In this document: piece after piece, positions 16,022 through 21,049 of the stretch
Layout of the letters: every line of letters starts with the position of its first letter
Position numbering within the stretch: the first letter of the stretch is position 1
NCBI GenBank assembly: GCA_963978095.1
Contig: CAXBQP010000051.1
Coordinates: 1-21,049, forward strand
Length of the DNA stretch: 21,049 nt
Direction: 5' to 3'
From: an uncultured bacterium
Lineage (GTDB): Bacteria > Gemmatimonadota > Gemmatimonadetes > Gemmatimonadales > Gemmatimonadaceae
Translations under genes and position numbers: made by a program
Notes under the pieces: model-generated
Told to the model about the DNA's origin: nothing
Databases searched by the model: none
The model's input: only the letters and a program-made list of their open reading frames with translations

Positions 16022-16027
16022 TAGCTT
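16022..16027 (+). promoter_or_regulatory. Putative -10 element for gcvP
   Basis: TAGCTT in the AT-richer divergent gap; AGGAG SD at 16089-16093. Confidence 0.4.
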
Positions 16028-16100
16028 TGGTCGTTGGCCTTTTTTCACCGGTTCCGCGTCCATCCGGGGCGTTTACGCGCTCCGCCACAGGAGTCAGAAC

Positions 16101-18968
<2,868 letters not shown>

Positions 18969-18988
18969 GCGGACGGCGTGGATGTGCG

Positions 18989-19022
18989 AAGGGGCGGCCC
19001 CGCGATGCGGGGCCGCCCCTTT
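18989..19022. terminator. Rho-independent (probably bidirectional) terminator between gcvP and gcvH
   Basis: AAGGGGCGGCCCCGC-GAT-GCGGGGCCGCCCCTT: perfect 15-bp stem with a short U tail. Confidence 0.85.
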
Positions 19023-19044
19023 CGTCTCGTCCAGTCGCGCGGCG

Positions 19045-19071
19045 CTTAGTGGCCGGTACTTAGTGGCCGGT
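19045..19071. repeat. 13-bp tandem duplication of the gcvH 3' end
   Basis: CTTAGTGGCCGGT occurs at 19045-19057 and again at 19059-19071. Confidence 0.85.
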
Positions 19072-19455
19072 GCTGGCGAGGTGCGCCGTGTAGCCGGCGG
19101 CGTCGAGCAGCCCCGCGACCGCGGCGGCGTCGACCTTCATCTTGATCATCCAGCCGTCGCCGTAGGGGTCGGAGTTCACGAGCGCCGGCTCGTCGTTCAG
19201 GCGCGTGTTGATCTCGACCACTTCGCCCGCGAGCGGGGTGAAGAGATCGCTCACCGCCTTCACCGCCTCGACCGTACCGAAGGACTCGTGCGCGCCGAAC
19301 CGGGCACCGACCTTCGGGAGATCGACGAAGACCATGTCGCCGAGCTGGTCCTGGGCGTAGTGCGTGATGCCCACGATGACGACGGAGGCGTCACCGGTGC
19401 TCTTCACGTACTCGTGGTCTTCGGTATAGCGGAGGTCGGCTGGGATGTTCGACAC
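19060..19455 (-). CDS. gcvH: Glycine cleavage system H protein
   Basis: LRYTEDHEYV, GITHYAQDQLGD, lipoyl-lysine motif EAVKAVSDL and NSDPYGDGW; GTG 19455 follows an AAGGA SD. Confidence 0.97.
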   Translation of the reverse strand: MSNIPADLRYTEDHEYVKSTGDASVVIVGITHYAQDQLGDMVFVDLPKVGARFGAHESFGTVEAVKAVSDLFTPLAGEVVEINTRLNDEPALVNSDPYGDGWMIKMKVDAAAVAGLLDAAGYTAHLASTGH

Positions 19456-19524
19456 GGGAGTCCTTGAAGTCAGGGGCGCGTCCGTGGTGCATTGGGGAGC
19501 GCCGTGGTGGGTGGTACGAGGGGA

Positions 19525-19553
19525 AGCATACCGGCCGGTCCCACGATGTTCAA
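19525..19553 (-). promoter_or_regulatory. Sigma70-type promoter for gcvH
   Basis: TTGAAC-N17-TATGCT; the -35 element overlaps the coaE stop codon. Confidence 0.65.
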
Positions 19554-20149
19554 GTTTCGGCGGCGATCCGCGACCAGACGTCGTCGACGCGGTGGCGCAG
19601 TTCCTCGGTGGTGCCGGTGTTCTCGATGACATAGTCCGCCCGCGCCCGTTTCAGCTCGGAAGGCATCTGGGAGCGGATCATGGCCGTCGCCTGCTCCGCG
19701 GTGAGGGCGCGATCACGCATCAGGCGTTCGCGCCGCAGTGCTTCGGGGGCGTCCACCAAGAGGACGACATCACAGTCGCGTTCAAGTCCCGTCTCGAACA
19801 AGAGGGGAATATCGCACACCACGATCCGCGCGCCGCTCGCTCGTGCCGCGTCGACGCGCGCGTGCCGCCGCCGCGCGACGTCCGGGTGGACGATGGCATT
19901 CAGCGCCGCAAGCTCGGCGGGATCGCCGAAGACCCGGTGTCGGAGCGCGGCTCGGTCGATGGTCCCGTCGGGGGCCACGACCGCCGCGCCCCAGCGGGCC
20001 GTGATCGCCGCGTGCCCGGGCGTCGACGGAGCCACCGCGTCGCGCGCCAGCACATCGGCATCGATGATCGGCACGCCGCGCGCCGCCAGCAGGCGCGACA
20101 CACTGCTCTTGCCGCTCGCGATGTTCCCGGTGAGGCCGATGACGCGCAT
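19550..20149 (-). CDS. coaE: Dephospho-CoA kinase
   Basis: IGLTGNIASGKS, IDADVLAR, LNAIVHP and DIPLLFE. Confidence 0.97.
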   Translation of the reverse strand: MRVIGLTGNIASGKSSVSRLLAARGVPIIDADVLARDAVAPSTPGHAAITARWGAAVVAPDGTIDRAALRHRVFGDPAELAALNAIVHPDVARRRHARVDAARASGARIVVCDIPLLFETGLERDCDVVLLVDAPEALRRERLMRDRALTAEQATAMIRSQMPSELKRARADYVIENTGTTEELRHRVDDVWSRIAAET

Positions 20150-20152
20150 GGT

Positions 20153-20264
20153 GTCAGCGCGTTCCGGCCGACCGCGTGTCCGGGAAATGCAGGACCACCG
20201 CTTCGGCGTGGTCCCTGACGGCGAAATGCACGACCTGCGTCACGCGGTTGAGCGAAGCGCTGTC
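20153..20264 (+). ncRNA. Candidate structured RNA or palindromic element (unassigned)
   Basis: Hand-folded long outer stem plus an inner hairpin with a cUUCGg loop; no family recognised. Confidence 0.3.
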
Positions 20265-20291
20265 GGGGAGGAGGGTAGCGACGATTCCCAT
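20154..20291 (-). CDS. Unannotated 45-aa ORF or gene remnant
   Basis: MGIVATLLPDSASLNRVTQVVHFAVRDHAEAVVLHFPDTRSAGTR*; fills the tdk-coaE gap and stops 4 nt before the coaE ATG; weak SD. Confidence 0.4.
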   Translation of the reverse strand: MGIVATLLPDSASLNRVTQVVHFAVRDHAEAVVLHFPDTRSAGTR

Positions 20292-20330
20292 GGACTCGGA
20301 GACGGGGCGCACGGGCTCTGACGGTGGGTG

Positions 20331-20945
20331 CTAGAACAGACGTGCCTGTGCGCCGTCGTCCCGCCCGACGATGTGGCACGAGCGGCAGCGGGCTTCGTAG
20401 CTGTCGGCGCCACCGACCATCACTTGCGGCGAATCGTAGCGTGCGGGCTTGCCGTCGATGAGTCGTTGGTTGCGCGTGGCCGGAGCGCCGCAACACACGC
20501 AGATCGCGTGCAACTTGTCCACGTATTCCGCGACGCACATCAGCGGCGCCATCGGCCCGAAGGGCTCGCCCCGGAAATCCGTATCGGTGCCGGCGAGGAT
20601 CACGCGCCGCCCGCGTTCGGCGAGGCTGTTGACGAGCGCGACCACGCCGGCATCGAGGAATTGGACTTCATCGATCGCGATCACCTGCGCCTGGGGATCC
20701 AGGCGCAAGGCGATCTGAGCGGACGAATCGACCGGAACCGCTTCGATGGTGCGGCCGTCGTGGGAGCCCACCATGAACACGCCGGCGTACCGATCATCGA
20801 GGTGAGACTTGAACACCTGAACCCGTTTCCGGGCGATGAGCGAACGCCGGACGCGACGGATGAGTTCTTCGCTTTTGCCGCTGAACATCACCCCGGCGAT
20901 GACTTCGATCCACCCGCCGTTCGGTTGTCCAGGGGCGTTGCTCAC
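20331..20945 (-). CDS. tdk: Thymidine kinase
   Basis: P-loop [24 protein letters not shown], Zn-binding CVCC...CRSC and YEARC. Confidence 0.97.
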   Translation of the reverse strand: MSNAPGQPNGGWIEVIAGVMFSGKSEELIRRVRRSLIARKRVQVFKSHLDDRYAGVFMVGSHDGRTIEAVPVDSSAQIALRLDPQAQVIAIDEVQFLDAGVVALVNSLAERGRRVILAGTDTDFRGEPFGPMAPLMCVAEYVDKLHAICVCCGAPATRNQRLIDGKPARYDSPQVMVGGADSYEARCRSCHIVGRDDGAQARLF

Positions 20946-21049
20946 GGCGATTTGCGCGGGCCGCGCGGGTTGAACTTTCGGGGCCCGCGGGCATCGTCGC
21001 CGCGCGGCCCCCGATCGGCGCTCCCGGGCCGGTCGCCGCGGGGCGCGCT
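20942..21049 (-). CDS. 3' end of an upstream gene with an RGPR-rich low-complexity tail (partial)
   Basis: Open frame ...[35 protein letters not shown] whose TGA overlaps the tdk GTG (GTGA). Confidence 0.65.
   Translation of the reverse strand, partial: SAPRGDRPGSADRGPRGDDARGPRKFNPRGPRKSP

Noticed and set aside
15966..16100. Glycine riboswitch upstream of gcvP
   Set aside because: The gap is only 135 nt, is shared with a divergent promoter, and has no GGAGA...CCGAAG...CUCAGG core.
20213..20230. Hammerhead-like CTGACGGCGAAA, and CGCCGAAG (glycine-aptamer-like) on the opposite strand nearby
   Set aside because: The core is CUGACGG rather than CUGANGA, with no room for stem II; the other glycine aptamer motifs are missing.

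Overview
GC-rich bacterial window, probably Gemmatimonadota (inferred from gene content and protein style, not from a marker gene). It is densely coding and mostly housekeeping. From left to right: a lipA-pdhA-pdhB-pdhC(partial) operon on the minus strand; a small membrane protein; a tightly coupled GT2 / DUF3108-like / deoxyhypusine-synthase-fold triad; an Ig-like lipoprotein and a PuuD-like (peptidase C26) amidotransferase-fold hydrolase; an orphan PspA/IM30-like protein; a five-gene Opp/Dpp ABC importer coupled to a POT peptide:H+ symporter; a LipM-like lipoate/octanoate ligase; gcvP converging on gcvH; coaE; tdk; and the 3' end of an upstream gene. No mobile element, CRISPR array, tRNA or rRNA is visible. 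The best leads are: (i) the uncharacterised GT2 (DxD replaced by QAD) / DUF3108 / DHS-like module; (ii) a predicted ~110-nt structured element with a cUUCGg loop that overlaps an unannotated 45-aa ORF between tdk and coaE; (iii) co-location of a possible LipM-GcvH-LipA lipoyl relay with its client enzymes; (iv) an AT-rich palindromic operator-like site upstream of lipA. The first ~16 nt look like a fold-back assembly artefact.
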